DNA of 64,000 bases, taken from NCBI RefSeq assembly GCF_006345805.1, contig NC_043005.1, positions 19,096,001 through 19,160,000 on the forward strand. Reading direction: 5' to 3'. The position numbers and the translations under genes were made by a program. The notes beneath the pieces are model-generated. The model saw only the letters and a program-made list of their open reading frames with translations, ran no database searches and was not told where the DNA came from. This document shows, in pieces, positions 62,480-64,000 of this stretch. The stretch comes from Octopus sinensis (taxonomy: Eukaryota). Positions within the stretch are counted from its first letter, which is position 1. Every line of letters starts with the position of its first letter.

Positions 62480-63650
62480 CACTAAACCTCCTCTCTTATG
62501 TGGAATTTGGTGAGTAAGGTAGTTTGGTGTTGCTGTCGTCAGCTGCATTTCTTGCTGCGAGGTAGGTTTATCCGGAACTCTTGACAAGACGAAATCTAGA
62601 TTTGTCTTGAAGACACCTGCATCCACTCAATGTATGTCTCTTATGCTTTGTGGGAGGATATCGAAGAGCTGTGGGCCCTTAAAACCGAAGCTGTTGCAGT
62701 ATCTGGCCCTGTATTTTGATGACAATAATGGGATTTTTGGTACTATGCAGTGGTGCCCCGTTCTGCTATCTGGGTAACTTACGATGCCAAAGTTAGGTAC
62801 AGGTACTTCTAGGCCTTTCTAATTGTAAAACACTGCATATCTATCGCGCCTTCGTTTTAGGGAGTAAAGACTTAATTTTTTCAGTCTCTCTCAGTAGCTA
62901 GCAAGTTGCATTGAGATAGTATTCTTTGTGTAGCTTCGCTGGATTGCTTCAAGTTCTGACGTTAATTTTACAGCGTGTGGTGATCATAGTTAGGAGCAGT
63001 AATCTAAACGGAGGAGGACAAATATCTTCCAGAAGGTCACTATCGTTTCCTGTTTTCTTGTTCTGAAAGTTCTAAGTATCCAACCGGTCAATCGTCTGCA
63101 TGTTATTGCCAACTTAGTAATATACACTTGGAAGGATGCATCATTACTTGTGTCGATGCGCAGGCCGTGCACCGATTTTGATTCAGAGATTGCAGTCCTG
63201 TGGGATGGAAGCACTCCGTCGGTTACGACGACGAGGGTTCCGGTTGATCCGAATCAACGGAACAGCCTGCTCGTGAAATTAACGTGTAAGTGGCTGAGCA
63301 CTCCACAGACACGTGTACCCTTAACGTAGTTCTCGGGGATATTCAGCGTGACACAGAGAGTGACAAGGCCGGCCCTTTGAAATACAGGTACAACAGAAAC
63401 AGGAAGTAAGAGTGAGAGAAAGTTGTGGTGAAAGAGTACAGCAGGGATCACCACCATCCCCTGCCGGAGCTTTAGGTGTTTTCGCTCAATAAACACTCAC
63501 AACGCCCGGTCTGGGAATCGAAACCGTGATCCTATGACCGCGAGTCCGCTGCCCTAACCACTGGGCCATTGCGCCTCCACCGCAGTCCTGTATCCTGTCT
63601 ACTTTTCATACAGCTTCGTGTTTCGGTGGTGCAGGATATAGAATTTTCAT
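62480..63650 (-). pseudogene. CR1-type LINE ORF2 3' relic interrupted by SINE C
   Basis: NDASFQVYITKLAITCRRLTGWILRTFRTR...LRLDYCS; GPQLF motif downstream. Confidence 0.8.
63202..63581 (-). mobile_element. SINE family C with 10-bp TSD
   Basis: GCAGTCCTGT at 63192-63201 and 63582-63591. Confidence 0.9.
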
Positions 63651-63684
63651 TAAAATTCATGCTATTTTCCTCAGCGTCTTTTGC

Positions 63685-63731
63685 ATATATTATTATTACT
63701 ATCACTATTATTATTATTATTATTATTATTA

Positions 63732-63785
<54 letters not shown>

Positions 63786-63815
63786 TATTATTATTATTAT
63801 CATCATTATTATTAT
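63685..63815. repeat. (ATT)n microsatellite
   Basis: Direct read. Confidence 0.95.
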
Positions 63816-64000
63816 ATGAAAACTTACAGCTTATTTTGCTGGGTATCATGGGAAGTGTCAGTTGTTCACAGCCAGCAGATTAAGGTGACACTTGTTTACT
63901 GGTCATGCTTCAAGAATAATTCTTGCAGTTCCAAGCAATGCTGAATTTTGTAGGTGTTTTATCTTCACTCTTGCACCGATCTTTTTCAGCCATGCTGGTC

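Overview
AT-rich, microsatellite-saturated eukaryotic non-coding DNA. I found no host protein-coding gene, rRNA, true tRNA or CRISPR array; most ORFs in the track are microsatellite or antisense artefacts. The repeat families resemble those I recall from octopus/cephalopod genomes (inference, not verified). Contents: four tRNA-headed SINE families, which I label A-D, in about 25 copies; Tc1, mariner and maT relics; hAT and piggyBac-type MITEs; Helitron-like elements; RTE, CR1 and R4/Dong LINE relics; and Penelope-like (PLE) material, including a 3.25 kb element whose GIY-YIG frame is still open. Three observations stand out. (1) Apparently site-specific retroelements that target a SINE: an ORF1-only (HAL1/Tx1-like) 2.1 kb element and a second 0.45 kb element sit in tandem in the tRNA-like head of a SINE A copy. 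They are separated by three exact copies of the 15-mer AAGAAGCTTGCTTCC and share homologous 3' termini. A SINE B subfamily with a similar tail stacks at one fixed site in SINE B heads at three loci. (2) About a dozen hammerhead-ribozyme motifs from several unrelated PLE terminal-repeat families, mostly beside (TA)n and often in fold-back or permuted arrangements. (3) Several different retroelements stacked in (TAA)n tracts. All calls are by eye; coordinates of degraded relics are approximate.
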